Below, one piece after another: positions 22,560 through 35,911 of a DNA stretch of 64,000 nucleotides (position 1 is the stretch's first letter; the number at the start of each line of letters is the position of its first letter). The stretch spans positions 107,074,001 to 107,138,000 of the forward strand of contig NC_135656.1 of the NCBI RefSeq assembly GCF_964188315.1. The letters run 5' to 3'. Position numbers and translations under genes: made by a program. Under the pieces are notes generated by a model. That model saw only the letters and a program-made list of their open reading frames with translations, did no database searches and was not told the DNA's origin. The DNA comes from Podarcis muralis (lineage: Eukaryota).

Positions 22560-23909
22560 CTAACTCCAGCTAGGATCGTAGCCTGTCCAGTCCGAAGGAG
22601 GTGCTAAGTAAACGCGGCGGCCTCTGAAGAGGAAACTGACGATGCCCTGGTAGCCGGCACGGGGCACTCCGGACTTGAGGTCGTCCATGACCCCTAAGGC
22701 CTTGGCGAAGGCCTTGAAGGAGTCGCGAGTGGTGTACTGCACTCGGACAGTGCCCAGCTCCCGGCGCTGGTTACCCTGCAGCTCCTCGACCCGTAGCTCA
22801 GGGGCCCCGTAGACCTGGGCTAGGAATGAGCGCTCGTACTCATCCTTCTTGAGGTAAGAGAGGTCCATCTGGGTGAAAGGCACGAAGCGGTCGTTGAGCT
22901 TGATGAACTTCAGGTACTGGTCAAAGAACTGACCGTGGCTCACGCCCTTGCGGCCAAACGTCATGGTGCGCGACACTTCGGGCCTGATGCACGAACGGCC
23001 CTGCCGTTGCTCAGGGTGTCGCATCCAATCATCCCAGAAGGCCTTGGGCCACTTGGGCTCCAGCTCGTCCCACAGGTCGGACAGCAGGAGCCAGCCCAGC
23101 CCGGGGAAAAAATCCGTACGGTAGAGGAGCTCCGGGTGGTTGGCGTCCACCATTTGCTCCTTGCCGTTGTCGTTCCAGGCGGAGAGACACCAAAGGGTGG
23201 GGTCGGCTAGCAGGAGCGGGAAAGCGGCCTGGAAGTATTCAAAGAAGTCTGGAGCAACTTCCAGGTCATCTTCCACCACAATGGCCGCCTGGTACTTGAA
23301 GTTCCGGAAAACCTGGCTCAAGGCCCAGCGATAGTGCCGGGCGATCTTGTAGTAGCCTTGGAACTTGCGGTGGTCGGTGGGCACAGGGATGTCGCTCAGG
23401 TTGGGCTGTTTGATGTGCATGATGGCGTCTCCATAGGAGGCGATGACCCTGGCGGTCTCCTCGTGTCCGCAGTCCTGGCTCACGATGATGGGGAAGCGCT
23501 CCTTGGAGGGGCGGTAATGCAGCAGCTTGTCGAGGCAGCGGCGGACTGTGCTGCGGTCGCAGGCAATCACCAGCACTGGCAGGACGGCGTCTGGAGAGAT
23601 TTGGCTGCGACGGGGCAAGGGGGCGGCTGTCGAAGGCGGGGTGGAGGACGCCACTGAGAGGTGGAGCCTTTTGGCTTCAGTAGCCTTCCTCCTGTTCCAG
23701 AGAGCGCTGTAGCGGTAGATCTGATGCAGGAGGTCCTTCTGGCGCTCCAGCTCCACCTCTGCGTCCTGGGCCAGTCGGATGACCTCTTCGGTGAGGCGGC
23801 TGTGGTCAGAGGAGGACTGAGGCCGAGTCCACAGGAAGAAGAGGATCAGGGCGTTCCAGGCCACAAAAAGCACCACGCCCCAGAGAACCAGGTTGCTTTT
23901 CTTCAGCAT
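22560..23909 (-). CDS. MGAT1: Alpha-1,3-mannosyl-glycoprotein 2-beta-N-acetylglucosaminyltransferase (GnT-I, GT13), 449 aa, single coding exon
   Basis: Type II membrane anchor MLKKSNLVLWGVVLFVAWNALILFFLW; PVLVIACDRSTVRRCLDKLL; EDD motif VVEDDLEVAPDFFEYF; SAWNDNG; FPGLGW; C-terminus GYDPSWS. Acceptor (ctacttgtgtgcAG) 79 nt upstream of the ATG. Confidence 0.98.
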   Translation of the reverse strand: MLKKSNLVLWGVVLFVAWNALILFFLWTRPQSSSDHSRLTEEVIRLAQDAEVELERQKDLLHQIYRYSALWNRRKATEAKRLHLSVASSTPPSTAAPLPRRSQISPDAVLPVLVIACDRSTVRRCLDKLLHYRPSKERFPIIVSQDCGHEETARVIASYGDAIMHIKQPNLSDIPVPTDHRKFQGYYKIARHYRWALSQVFRNFKYQAAIVVEDDLEVAPDFFEYFQAAFPLLLADPTLWCLSAWNDNGKEQMVDANHPELLYRTDFFPGLGWLLLSDLWDELEPKWPKAFWDDWMRHPEQRQGRSCIRPEVSRTMTFGRKGVSHGQFFDQYLKFIKLNDRFVPFTQMDLSYLKKDEYERSFLAQVYGAPELRVEELQGNQRRELGTVRVQYTTRDSFKAFAKALGVMDDLKSGVPRAGYQGIVSFLFRGRRVYLAPPSDWTGYDPSWS

Positions 23910-24153
23910 CCTTCACAGGCGCAGGCCCCCACCCTGTCTTCTCGTGCTCGCTTTCCCCTCCGATGGGCGTCACAACGCCACCATGGACCTGCACACAAGT
24001 AGGGGGGAAATAAAAGGGTGTTAGGGGAGGCCACAATATGTTCCATCGGTTTTTCTCCTCCTTCCTTGCCCTCAGTGATGTGGGTTTTCCAAACACTAAA
24101 ATCCTACGCAAATTAAGATAATTTGCTTGGAGGCAAGTTCTGATACCTTAGAG

Positions 24154-24289
24154 CAGTGTTCCCCAACCTTGGGCCTCCAGCTGTTTTTGGACTACAATTC
24201 CCATCATCCTTGACCACTGGTCTTGCTAGCGAGGGATGATGGGAGTTGCAGTCCAAAAACAGCTGGAGGCCCAAGGTTGGGGAACACTG
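24154..24289. mobile_element. Palindromic hAT-type MITE in the MGAT1 5' intron
   Basis: cagtgttccccaacc...ggttggggaacactg; perfect TSD ccttagag. Confidence 0.9.
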
Positions 24290-27200
24290 CCTTAGAGAAT
24301 ATACTAATTTATCACGTTTATTTTGCTTGCATTTAGTAAACAAAAGTTTTTTTTAAAAAAATTTCCCAACACACCACAAAAGTTTGACCTGATATATTTG
24401 AGGGGATGAAAATCAAAGCCTTCCTTTATCATCATCATTTATTAAATTAATGTGGTTTAAATGTTGCATTATGGGGGTGGGGGAAGAATTACTGGGAGAG
24501 ACTTACAGTTAATAGCATGCAATTTCCTTATACTGTTCAAATTTAAGCAAAAAAACAGAGGTGCTGAAAACTATTGACACACTAATCCATTTTAGCAATT
24601 CAAAGGCTTGTGCATGATATGCTGACTATCTCATTGCCAGAGATAATTACTTGAAAAACAACAATTACAACTATGAAAACTGCCAAGCTTGCATAATACT
24701 GCATTTGCAGTTGGCATCTATTCATTATTTTTTACCCCCCATCACTGCTTGCCCCCTACCAACCCAGACTATTAAAAAGATGATACATGCAATGTTTAAC
24801 ACAGATCTCTGAATGGAAGGTGCAATTCTGCAGTAGGTAGGAGAGATTTAATGGGCCTGCACTCTCAGTGCTTTCTGGATATTTCAACAAGAGAAACATC
24901 AGAGGTATATTCAGTCTCAATTCATCATCTACCTTCAGCATCACTTTTACTCTGAAGTCCACTCCACCTTGCTCCCTTGCTCCATGTAGGCCCCACCATT
25001 CATTTTAGCAGTATTAGAGAAGGGCAATGGAAGCAAAACAGTTATGCTAAGCGAAAGCAACAGGCATGCATGCTTGAATGTTTGGGCTACTTGAAATACA
25101 GAACTGTTGCAAGGAAATAAACACATTGTCAGAGTCATTGTGGCAAGAAAACATGGTCACGTCAAATCAAAGGCCTACACAATCTAGCTTGCTTGGACTG
25201 GCACTAATTGCCCCATAAATATCTATTTGATAAAGTCCAACAGGGCTCCTATGACCAATCACTGAGAACCATCCTTTTGCAGAGAAAAGGAGTCAGCTGA
25301 GGGCATGGTCCTGCCCAGCACAGAGATTATACTGCTCACTGTAGACCAAGCAGCTGTACTAGCAAGTCCAGAAAACGTTACAAGCCCACATACATTTTTA
25401 AAAAAAAACTATGTTAGTCATTTTGTAGATTAAGAAAGACTTTTGTTAAGTTCCCTGTCTGGACATTTGGAGATGATTCTTCTACCACAGGCAATCAGCT
25501 AAATGGGTATTTGCATGCCTGCAATTACAGTAGCTGGTCTACAGTGCAGCATTCTTGAAAATAAGAAAACTTTAAAACAGGGCAAAGTCATACCCTCTAA
25601 CATTTCTCCAATGAAAATAGGGACATCCTAAGGAAAAGCGGGACGTTCCAGGATCAAATCAGAAACTGGGACGGCTTCTTTAAATCAGGGACATCCTTGG
25701 AAAATAGAGAGAGTTGGAGGATCTGAGCAAAGTATCTGAATTTATAGCGGGGAAACCACAAAGAATACAAATGCTCAATGTAGCAGCTTTGGGACAGTCA
25801 CTGCTTCTTGCTACAGTCTTGTCCCCAATTGGGTAGAAGAATCTCTGCAGGAGACTGAAAGCGATCCCAACATCTGCCCTATAAACACCCTCCAGTTCCA
25901 TTCTTTTCTGAATTAAAGTGTGTTTAACAGACCAGGGTGAGGTGGAAAAATCTCTGCCTATTTTCAAAGCAGGAGTATTGGCTAACGGCAGCAGCTGCCA
26001 CCCAGGGTTTCTTGGTTTTGTGCCCTACACAAACTCTTTTCCCATTCTGTGTACCACCCAGAAGAGACCTGGAAACTTAAGGCACATTTCTAGTCATGCC
26101 TACTCAAAAGTTAAGTCCTGCTGATTGGAGTTAGGACAGCCTTAGCATCTAACGGAGGGTGGGGAACTGAATCTGGCCAGCTTATCTCCCCCACCTGTGG
26201 TGGGCCAAGTTTGACAGGTGGGTAGTGCTACCCACCTGTCAATCACCAGGCATCACAATGACACCAGATGACTACTTTTTTGCCTGCAAAACACTAATCA
26301 GCTAATTCTTCATAGGAAATGTGCCCCACAGGCTGAATTAGGCCCAACAGGCCAGTTTGGTCAAGTCACTCCCTCCTGCCCTAAGGCAAAGCTGACCAAC
26401 AGGCTTAAACAATGAATTCAGGCCTTCCCATCTCCCCTCATTCCTCACTTGAAGGCTGACATTTATTTTTAAAGTCCTTGCATGCTGTGTTTCAGGGCAA
26501 GGCTATCCACAGGCTGCGTACAAAAGATGAGTCAAGCTATGCATTTTTTCAGCGTCCACATAAAACAATTCAATGACAAAATCAAAAATGCATATTGCTA
26601 TTCACTGCTTGGATTGGGCAGAAGAGAAACACACTTCTTTATACCCCCAGCCAGCCTTTCATCTCCACCAACCAGTAGAAGCGAACATAAACACTTCTTT
26701 TGACAATAGTTTTTTGGCATAGGGAGATTAAAAGCTGGCGGGGGGGGGGGGGATCTCCTTTCCCACCGCTAGGCAACATCCCAAATGCTGGGGAAGAGCA
26801 CATCAGTTTCCCCCCTGCTTAGACTGAACGATTCACTTTGCTGAGCAATTGTGCTGCACAACACGTGCCGACTGGCCTGCTTGTGTGTGTTTGGGGCCGT
26901 GGCCTTGAAATCTCGTGCCCCTTTCTCCATTCAGTCCCCATGTTCCTTTGCTCAGCACAGTCCATTTTCACCACGCTTCTCCCTCCAGAGAACCTCAAGG
27001 ACTTGAGTTCAGAACAAAGAAAGTAACATGAGCTTGTTGCGCACAAGACAATTTTGTAGCACTTCCATTTGCATAATTTATTTGGAAAGCAGAATCCGAT
27101 CTTTTGGGAGAACAAAGCAGGGACAGCTCTCCTTTCAGGGCAAAGAAAGAGCACAATTAACTTCTTGAGGAAACCACAAAACTGAATGGAGACTACCCAA

Positions 27201-30200
27201 GCACGGCACGGACTGGCACAGAGCCCAACCCAGCGCTACAGAGCCATGACTCGAGTCTCCAGCAGCAGTTTGATACAGACCAGGGTGAATCAAAGCCAGG
27301 TCTGTCTTTCTTTGGCTGCAGGTATTGCCACCGCAGTAAGAAAGGAAAGAGGAAATATTTGAGACAGCTTTCTAACTGTGAGTGGCAGCCTTTATTAAAA
27401 ATGTAAGCTCTTGAGAGAAATCTAGAACATGCACATTTATTTTATTAACCAACCAGCTAATCAGTTAAGAAGTGGCTGATTATCAATCAGGATTCATTTT
27501 GTGGTAGGAGGCCCAATTACGATGCACACATTTGCTTCTTTGGGTCTCAGATAGTGAGACAAACGAACAGGAAGCCCTGAAATCACACCCCTGTTTATTG
27601 AAATTCTGCTTAAACTCCTTGATAGGCTGCAATTGCAAAAGCCTTAAGGAGGCTGCAATCTGAACTCTGATCCAAGTGAAAACACTTTCCACTGGACCCA
27701 AGTCCAAAGCAGATGACCAACTTATGCACACCTAAGGGTGCACGGTTCTATATGGAGGGGCTTGAGTGCTGCTAGACTCAGGATAGCCAAAATGGTGACC
27801 TCCAGATGTTGTTGAACTACAACTCCCATTGCCCTTGAGCACTGGCTATGCCAACTGGGGCTGGTGGGGATTAAAATCCAAGAACATTTGAAGGGACCCT
27901 TGTTGGCTACCTTGGTACTTGAGTATTCCACAATGAGCCAGTGCTGCTATACCCAGCAATGAACCTAGTCATTGAAACCAGCACATTCAGAACGAGAAAG
28001 AAAGCAAGGCCCAACCCCTCCTGTAGTAAAGTTATACCCACAAGTTCCTCTGTGAGCAACCAAGGTTCAGATCAACCCCTCTCAATGACAGTAGGAATTT
28101 TGGATACAGCCAGTAGTCATCTTAAGCACTACCTTGGTGAGTAGAAAGATGGGGATATAAATGAATAAATTATTCTAATAATACAACGCATTTCATGAGT
28201 GGGTGTGTGCAGAGGTAATGTGAAAAGCGAACTGAAAGCTTATGAAAGAAGTGTTTTGAGATCAACTGCAGCAGTAAGAGTTTCAGAGTAGTAAGTAAAG
28301 CTAGTTTGTTCTACATGTCAAGTCTCCAGTGGCATCAACTTCAAGAGTGCATAGCAGTAAATTATCAAGGGCTTAAAAGCATCCCTGCTCATAATTTGCT
28401 TGTCATGTGGTAGGGGAACAGCAGCCATAAACCTAGTTATGGGAAAATACTGGCAAAAACCACACAGCATAACAAAGTTGATAGCATATATTACCTATGG
28501 AGCTGTAGGTTTCATGATTGTGTGATTGCAGATGGCGACTTTGTGAGAGGCATGCAAGTATGGTTCAATAGGCTTTCATCTAAACCTTCACACTTCATGC
28601 TATGGGTCTGTGGTGTGAGTGACCTGCAAATCCCCCCCGATTTAACCCCCCACAACTCTGCAGCTGACCCCCATAACCACTTGTCCCCATAAACACTAAT
28701 CCTCAATCCTCTAATCTTCTTGACTCCCTTTGGCCCCTGCTGCTTAGCAGCTCTGCATGGGCAACCTTCTTAATCCCCACTCAGTAAGAGAACCAGACAT
28801 ATACATTTAACATTGCAGGGTTGGATATGGACTTTGCAGCTAGGCTTGTGCAAAACCTGGCTATTCTGAGGCCCTGGAATCCCACTAAATAGCCAGACTA
28901 CTCTGAGGGAACCTCAGCTTCTCACAGGAGACGGCAATCGATACTGACTGGCTCGCCCATATATAATTCGACTCCTGAAACAAATAAAAATGCCCTGTGG
29001 TGGCCTGCAGCTTGTGTGGCATGCTGAAAAAAAGGAGAGGCAATTGTTTGGCGTCCCTGAGATCAAGGAAGGCGTGCAGAAGTTACATTTAGGTGCTTGT
29101 CTGGTGTCCCTCTGTGCTGCTCAGCAGAGCTCTCAAGATGTTTCCTTCAACATCTGTTTAAGTCAGTCAGATTCCTAAAATGACCACCTCTTGTCCAGGC
29201 AGGGGTTAGAAAGACCACAGTCAGGATAGCAAGCACCCAGGAGGTACAATAAAGAATTGAAGCTGCCAGAGGACATGGGATGATGATCTTAAGGAAAAAT
29301 TCCACAGTTTTCATGGGTAAGATTTTTTTAAAAAGCAGACCCAGTACTTGAAAGAGACAAGCAAGGCAGAAGCTCCAGTGGATCTACACCCAGCAACACA
29401 GATCTCTCCCTCCCTTTCCTCCCCCCTCCAATAGTCACTGCCTTCTTCCAAACGTTTGGCAGCAGAAAGGAAAAGCACAGAAGCTGTGGCCCTTGGGACC
29501 CAGACACAACATGTTAACAATCCAAGTAGACTGCAGAGGAATACAGAGGGTTTTACTGGATCAGATCCAAGATACATGAAGCAGGCTAGTCCACCCACAG
29601 ATTCAAGCAGCTTAGCATCAGTTTCTTGTCTGTGTTCTGGAGAAAACTGGATGGTCTGAACAAGTAACCAGTGGTTTGCCTATCGATGACACCACATCCC
29701 CGGATGGCTTCAGCCAGTGGCACCAAACACAACAGAAGACAATACTGATCCCTGTGGAATCTCACAGGAGTATCAATCCCCTAGCCCTGCCTTCTCAATT
29801 CTACCCTCCACATAAGAGCAAAACTGCCACAATATGGTGTCTCCAATCACCAGCCCACAAAGGGAATCTGGAAAGATAACTTCTCTATGAAACATGGTCA
29901 GACTCCCCCATACTTCTACTTGGGGAAAGTCATCAGCCAGAGTAACCATGGTCGTTCCCTTTATTGAAACAGTAGATGCTAAAATCAGACTGCTAAGGAT
30001 GTGTGGGGCGGGGGGGGGGGGATAGCTTCACCTAAGAGAACCTGGAGTGACAGATGCTGAAAACAACCAGTAAGTACTTAAGGTCATCAGGGTCCTTCAA
30101 AGGTTTAAGGAGGGGCAATGATTGAGTAACCACTGGTGCCCCATATTCTCCTATAACGTTGCCCTCATTTGAAATCAACAGAAATTCACCCAAATAGCAG

Positions 30201-30387
30201 CAACTCACTAAAGCTAAGGTGATTTCATGAACAGACTCCAAAGTAAGTGGCAGTGGAATGGAGGCAAGTGATTCAAGTGCAAACATGCTTGGCAAAATTG
30301 GTGATAGTGGGCTGCAGATGTCCCAATGCAAAGATTGCAACAGCAGTCTAACCACTTGGTGTAGCTCCTAAGGACAACATGACAAAT

Positions 30388-30702
30388 AGGCTTATTCACA
30401 CTTACCTTTCTTCTGCTCTTTCCAGGCAAAGTCACACTTTAAAGCTCTGTGTCCAAGCGCCCCCCCCCCTCTTTTTTGCTCCAGAGCTTTCACCATGAAA
30501 ACCCTCTTTAAAGCTTTACTGAAGTAAACAGCAAGCCACAGAAAACCTGAACTGATACTAGCTTCGATTGAGTGCTAAATTACGGCTTTTTATGGGGAAA
30601 GCTCCGGGACAAAAAATAAAAAAAAATGCTTGTACATGGAGCTTTTAAGTGCGAACTTGTGCCTGGAAAGAACGGGGGCAAAAGATAAGTGTGAATAAGC
30701 CT
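30388..30702. mobile_element. MITE with 17-bp TIRs (superfamily uncertain, possibly PIF/Harbinger)
   Basis: aggcttattcacactta ... taagtgtgaataagcct; no clear TSD. Confidence 0.65.
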
Positions 30703-30995
30703 TCAGTCAGATTTTCCTTGAATAGTCTACCACCTGCACTCTTGCTGCCATCCCAACGGCTTCATCTCCTACAGCTCCTCAAAAAATGAAGGAGCAGCCT
30801 TTGTTTTAGTCACTGGACTAAAGGAGCAATAGTCAGCCACCCATGTTGATACCTTACGCTAGGAACAGACCCGCGATTTGACAGGAGAGCTTGCAAGGTC
30901 TGCTGGAAAAACCCGAAGAGTAGCTTGGAAAGCCAACAGATTCAACTGCTCCAAGGGGCAGACCATTTCAACAGGTCCCCTGCGGAAAACAACTA

Positions 30996-31244
30996 CAGTA
31001 TTTTTCGCTCTATAAGATGCACCAGACCACAAGACGCACCTAGTTTTTGGAGGAGGAAAACAAGAAAAAAATATTCTGAATCTCAGAAGCCAGAACAGCA
31101 AGAGCAAGCCAGAACAGCAATCCCTCTTGCTGTTCTGGCTTCTGTGATAGCTGTGCAGCCTGCATTCGCTCCGTAAGACGCACACACATTTCCCCTTACT
31201 TTTTAGGAGGGAAAAAAGTGAGTCTTATAGAGCAAAAAATACGG
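30996..31244. mobile_element. Tc1/mariner (pogo-like) MITE
   Basis: TA-cagtatttttcgctctataagatgcac...gagtcttatagagcaaaaaatacgg-TA. Confidence 0.8.
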
Positions 31245-33525
31245 TAAATCCTGTGATACGGACCTTCACGGTTTATGGCTAAGACACCAGAAACAGCTCT
31301 CATAGCCTATGCAAAACCCAAAATGAATCTATGACTGGTAGAATGTGTAGAGCTCAAAATTCACTGGCCTCCTGGTTATTTTGGACAGCACTAGAAAAGA
31401 AGAATGAATCGCTTTGAGGTGGTTAAACACCAAATTTGAGATTACATCTGCACAGTCAATCAGGGAGTCAGGCACTATGATGCGTGGAATGACGACCAAG
31501 CCCCCAGGCTGTCCCTGCCGTACAAGATAAATGTACTAAATAAAACCCTCTGCAGGACAAGGTGTCTGGTGAGAGTGATAGAATCTTTATAGGTTCCTCC
31601 TCTGCTTCCACCATCACTACACTGATGCTAGACCAAATACTTGGCTGGAGAAAGTAGGACAGTCGCAGGGTCAGCTGCCTCATCCCACCAGCTCTGTGAT
31701 CCAAACCAGAGTGGCTTCATTATCCAGGATCAAATGCTGAATTACCGCTGTTCCTTTTAAGACTGATCTGGCATTTAACAGGAACAGGCAAAGAGAAGCT
31801 GACTTGGCAATTAGAGTCCCCAGTAAAGGAAGTAGAGAGTAAAAAGAGAAGTTTGCTATTTGCTCAACATCTCCTTATCTCACCTGACAAGCCCAGCCAG
31901 CACTGCCATATCTCTGTCACAACACGCACATGACAAATGGTGACGCCCTATGCTATGCCTGACTATTCAACTGAAGCAGCACCAAACATGCGTATAGTTT
32001 GAATGGGGATCTTAAAAATGAAGCAGAAAAACAAAACTAAAGTGGGACAGTCAAGGAAGGAAATCTACGGTAGTTACTTCCCACCACTGGCCACCCAGTT
32101 GCAACGATTGATCCCACAGGAACACACTGCTAAAAAGGAACAAGCAGAACACAGAAGACACCCCTGGCCCCCTCCAGCAACAATACCCTCACTAGGGCAC
32201 TCAAAAGGTACTGTACTCACTCCCAGCCTTGCACTGGTCACATACATGATACTTGCATTTCTTCACAGCCATGAGGATTACAATCTCCAGTGCCTGGATT
32301 CTATTCCAGAGTCCATGTTCTGCAAGAAGTCTGCTCAGGTATTAACTGCTCTCGATACAACTTTAGAGGGCCTCATGAACCTGGCCGAAAACAGTTGTGT
32401 GCTTGAATGCCAGACCAGTTAAGCATCATGCAGAAGAACAGGTTTGCTTTTAACTGTTTCAGAGAAACTGTATTCGCCTTGCTAACAAAACTGAGGGCAG
32501 TTTAGAACAGGAAGTTGTGTTTTTTCCATATGCCTTGCAAAAATAAAGATTAGTCAGGAATTTAGAAGGGGGTTGGGGAAGGATATGGCAATACAAAAGA
32601 GAACTTTCAGCAGCAGCAGCATTGTTCTTCAAACATTACAACATCAGTGTCAACAGAGTCTGAAGAGAAATTCCCCTGAATGTTTTCAGTGACATGGGTA
32701 CTGGCAGAATTAACTTGTTTGCATGCAAATGAAGAGGGCCAGACGCTCTCGCAAGGGCAGCCACCTTAAGAATGAGCCAGAAGTAGAAGCAGCCACACAT
32801 TTCTGATTCAGCAAAGCAGAGAGATGAGAGAACAATTCCATCTTTGCACTCCGCAAAACCGGAGACTGCATATATTCTGCATTCCACCCATGGATGCCAG
32901 AAACAACAAGAGAGGGTTGCCTAAATCAGCAGTGAGCAAGTCAGGAAAGAGCCTTGAGTAAGGCAGAGTTGTCAGGATGGCATTCCCAAGCACCACCACA
33001 CGTGCTCATCTTCCTCCTACATCCCTCTGTGGCAGAACACAGAAAGCTGCCTTATACCAGGTCAGACCATTTGGTCTGCCTAGCTTAATACTAATCACTC
33101 TACACCAACTGGCAGCAGCTCTCCAGGGTTGTAGAGAGGGGTCTTTCTGAGCCAAACCTGGAGATGCCAGGGACTGAACATGCAATCTTCTGCTTGCAGA
33201 GAATGTGTTCTTGCCACAGCACCACACTCTTCCTTATCTGCCAGGCATATGAGAACCAAGTCAGCTTTAAAGCAGATTATCCCAGCAGCACACTGATCTC
33301 AAAAGCCAAGTTCACTAAGCCACTGATATAAATGAGGAGAAGGTCCAACTGTATCTGTCAAGGTCTTAACGGAGAAGAAGCACTCATATTCCTGCAAAGC
33401 CAGACATGTACACCCAACAAAGAAGTGCAAGGCCTGTAAGACGCAGACAAATACCTTGCATCCAGAATAGAAATTATGCAAATTGTCGAGTTAAGTTGCA
33501 TGATTTATTCCAACCCAGTTACTAA

Positions 33526-33661
33526 NNNNNNNNNNNNNNNNNNNNNNNNNNNNNNNNNNNNNNNNNNNNNNNNNNNNNNNNNNNNNNNNNNNNNNNNNNN
33601 NNNNNNNNNNNNNNNNNNNNNNNNNNNNNNNNNNNNNNNNNNNNNNNNNNNNNNNNNNNNN
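33526..33661. other. Assembly gap (136 N)
   Basis: Run of n. Confidence 0.99.
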
Positions 33662-34784
33662 AGCAAGGGCAGCATGGTGGAAGGCAAAGAAAGGGAGCTG
33701 TGGAATGAGAACTATGGACATTTCTGGTATGGGCTTTTATCTGCCTGGAGTCTCATTTTTATTTTCCAATGGTCACTGAGACACATCATGTGCAAACAAA
33801 CCAGAGGGTGATGATGGGAAGAGAAGGCTTCACCATCCATGGGATGCAGTTGTGGGTTTAACCTTTAATAACTAGCAATACTTAGAACTTCTTTCAAGAC
33901 TTACTAGTCAGTGTTCCAGGTCTTATTCTACAACTTACAGCAAGCTGTGCTGTTCATAACCCAATCTGCTAGATGGGTGAAATTTGAAAGAGTGTCTGCA
34001 TGGTTACCTGCCGTCTCCTGCATGTACTGGCACTAACTGGTGTTAACTTTCGGTATCTTTCCTGGCACCAAATTTCTCCTTGTCGATCTTCTCCAAATTC
34101 TGAACACTGTATTTGAGTTTTTGCATAACAAACAAATGGGTCGAAATAAATGTTCTACAGGTTTGCATTTTTCCTGGGGTAAAACCGAAAGAGCTTTGCT
34201 ATGAACACCAAGGCAGTAGCCACAGGAACAACAGCTCAGCAGATGTTTTGCATAGAAGAAGCTCCAGGTGCCATCCTCCGTAGCTCCAACTGAAAGGCAG
34301 CACTAGGAAAGATCTGAGACACTGGAGAGCTGATGCTAGTTTGAGTAGACAGCCCTGGCCAAATAGACCTTTGGATGGACTCAGTGTAAGTCAGTTTCAT
34401 ATGTTCAAGAGAAAGGGAAACTAGGACATATGAAAAGGAATGGAACTAAAGATGGAAGACAAGGGGCAGCTCCTAAGCAGTAGACGTCCTACTCAAGGGG
34501 GCCAATTCAACTCACAGTCATTTTATATTTCTTTAGAACAGTGGCTTATGAACTGCAGGAAAGATTGGGTGGGAAGTAGGTGGAAAACCTGGAAGAGGAC
34601 AAAAATGTCCAGGGAAGACTGAGAAAACTGTTCCCTTCCTCTGCCTACCAGCCAAGAGGATCCTTTCTGAGTAATCCTGGACTGAGGGATGCCTTCTCTT
34701 AAATTTACATCATCATCCCAATCAGATTTGGGAAAAGTAGCTTTAGAAGTGATCACAGAGGTGTCTTATTCTACTCCTTTTCTA

Positions 34785-34845
34785 ATCATAGAATCTTACG
34801 AGTTAGAAGGGACCCAAGGGTCATCTAGTCCAACCCCCTGCAATG
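34785..34845 (-). mobile_element. CR1 / CR1-tailed SINE 3' end fragment
   Basis: aatcatagaatcttacgagttagaagggacccaagggtcatctagtccaacccc is the reverse complement of the tail at 640-699. Confidence 0.7.
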
Positions 34846-35911
34846 TATGTCACGTGAGTGTCATGTGTCCTTCACAGATCTTTGTACTGTGCTGAAGGGC
34901 TGCTGTGCACTCTACTGTAGAGCAGAGCATTAGCATTGGGTAAGCTGAGGCTAGGGGCAGAATGTAGGGTAAGCTGAGCAGGCAGGTTCAAAAAGTTTGC
35001 TAAGCCACCTCAAATGCAAGAATATAAAGCAAGTTCTTAAACTGTTGTCCTGCACTACAACACTGGAAACCACAGAAGCATTAAAGCATCCCCTTGTGCC
35101 AGATTCAGAATAAGCACTGAGAAAGGGCCAAATTACAGAAGGCAGGAATTAGAAGGCAGAGAAGTGACAGGGAAAGAGCAACAAAGCGAAAGGGGATAAT
35201 GTCTAAGCAGGGGAATTCTACTCAGGTGACAAAACATCCTCTAAAATGGATGGAGAACCTCAGATGTGTAGGACAGATCCCACCTCTTTCCATTTCAATT
35301 CCAGGCTCTAATCAAAGTTGTCCATTAAGATAATTTAGGGAACACAGGTGGAGAATAAATTTAGAATTCTTCTAGGGAGGCAAAAAAAAAAAAAGGGAGG
35401 AGGGATAATACGCCCCTCCACAACCAATAAAAATGTTAAGAGCCCTGACTATATCAGGCTAAAAGACCATCTACTCCAGCAACCTGCTCTCACTGTAGTC
35501 AACCAAATGTTTATGGGATGCCTCCAATAGTGCCCTCCCCACTTGCAGCTTCCAGCAACTAGCATTCAGGGGACTATTGCTCCCAAAGTGGTGGAATAAC
35601 ATAGCCATTGTGCATAGTAGCCACCAAATTTGTCTATACTGTGAGCAGGAGTTTTGATTCCCCCCCCCTATAGGTTTGTTTAATAAGTAAGGGGTGAGAA
35701 AGCAACAGTTATTCTATGCAAACATATGCAAGCTTGCAGGTAAAGCCCTCTTGCTATTTGACATCCTATATACAGCGGTGCCTTGCAAGACGAAAAGAAT
35801 CCGTTCCGCAATTCTCTTCGTCTAGCGGTTTTTTCGTCTTGCGAAGCAACCCTATTAGCGGCTTAGCGCTATTAGCGGTTTAGCGGCTTAGAGGCTATTA
35901 AAGGCTTAGAA

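Noticed and set aside
22935-24002. Plus-strand ORFs overlapping MGAT1
   Set aside because: Antisense shadows of a GC-rich coding exon.
33476-33811. ORFs spanning the N run
   Set aside because: Artefacts of the assembly gap.
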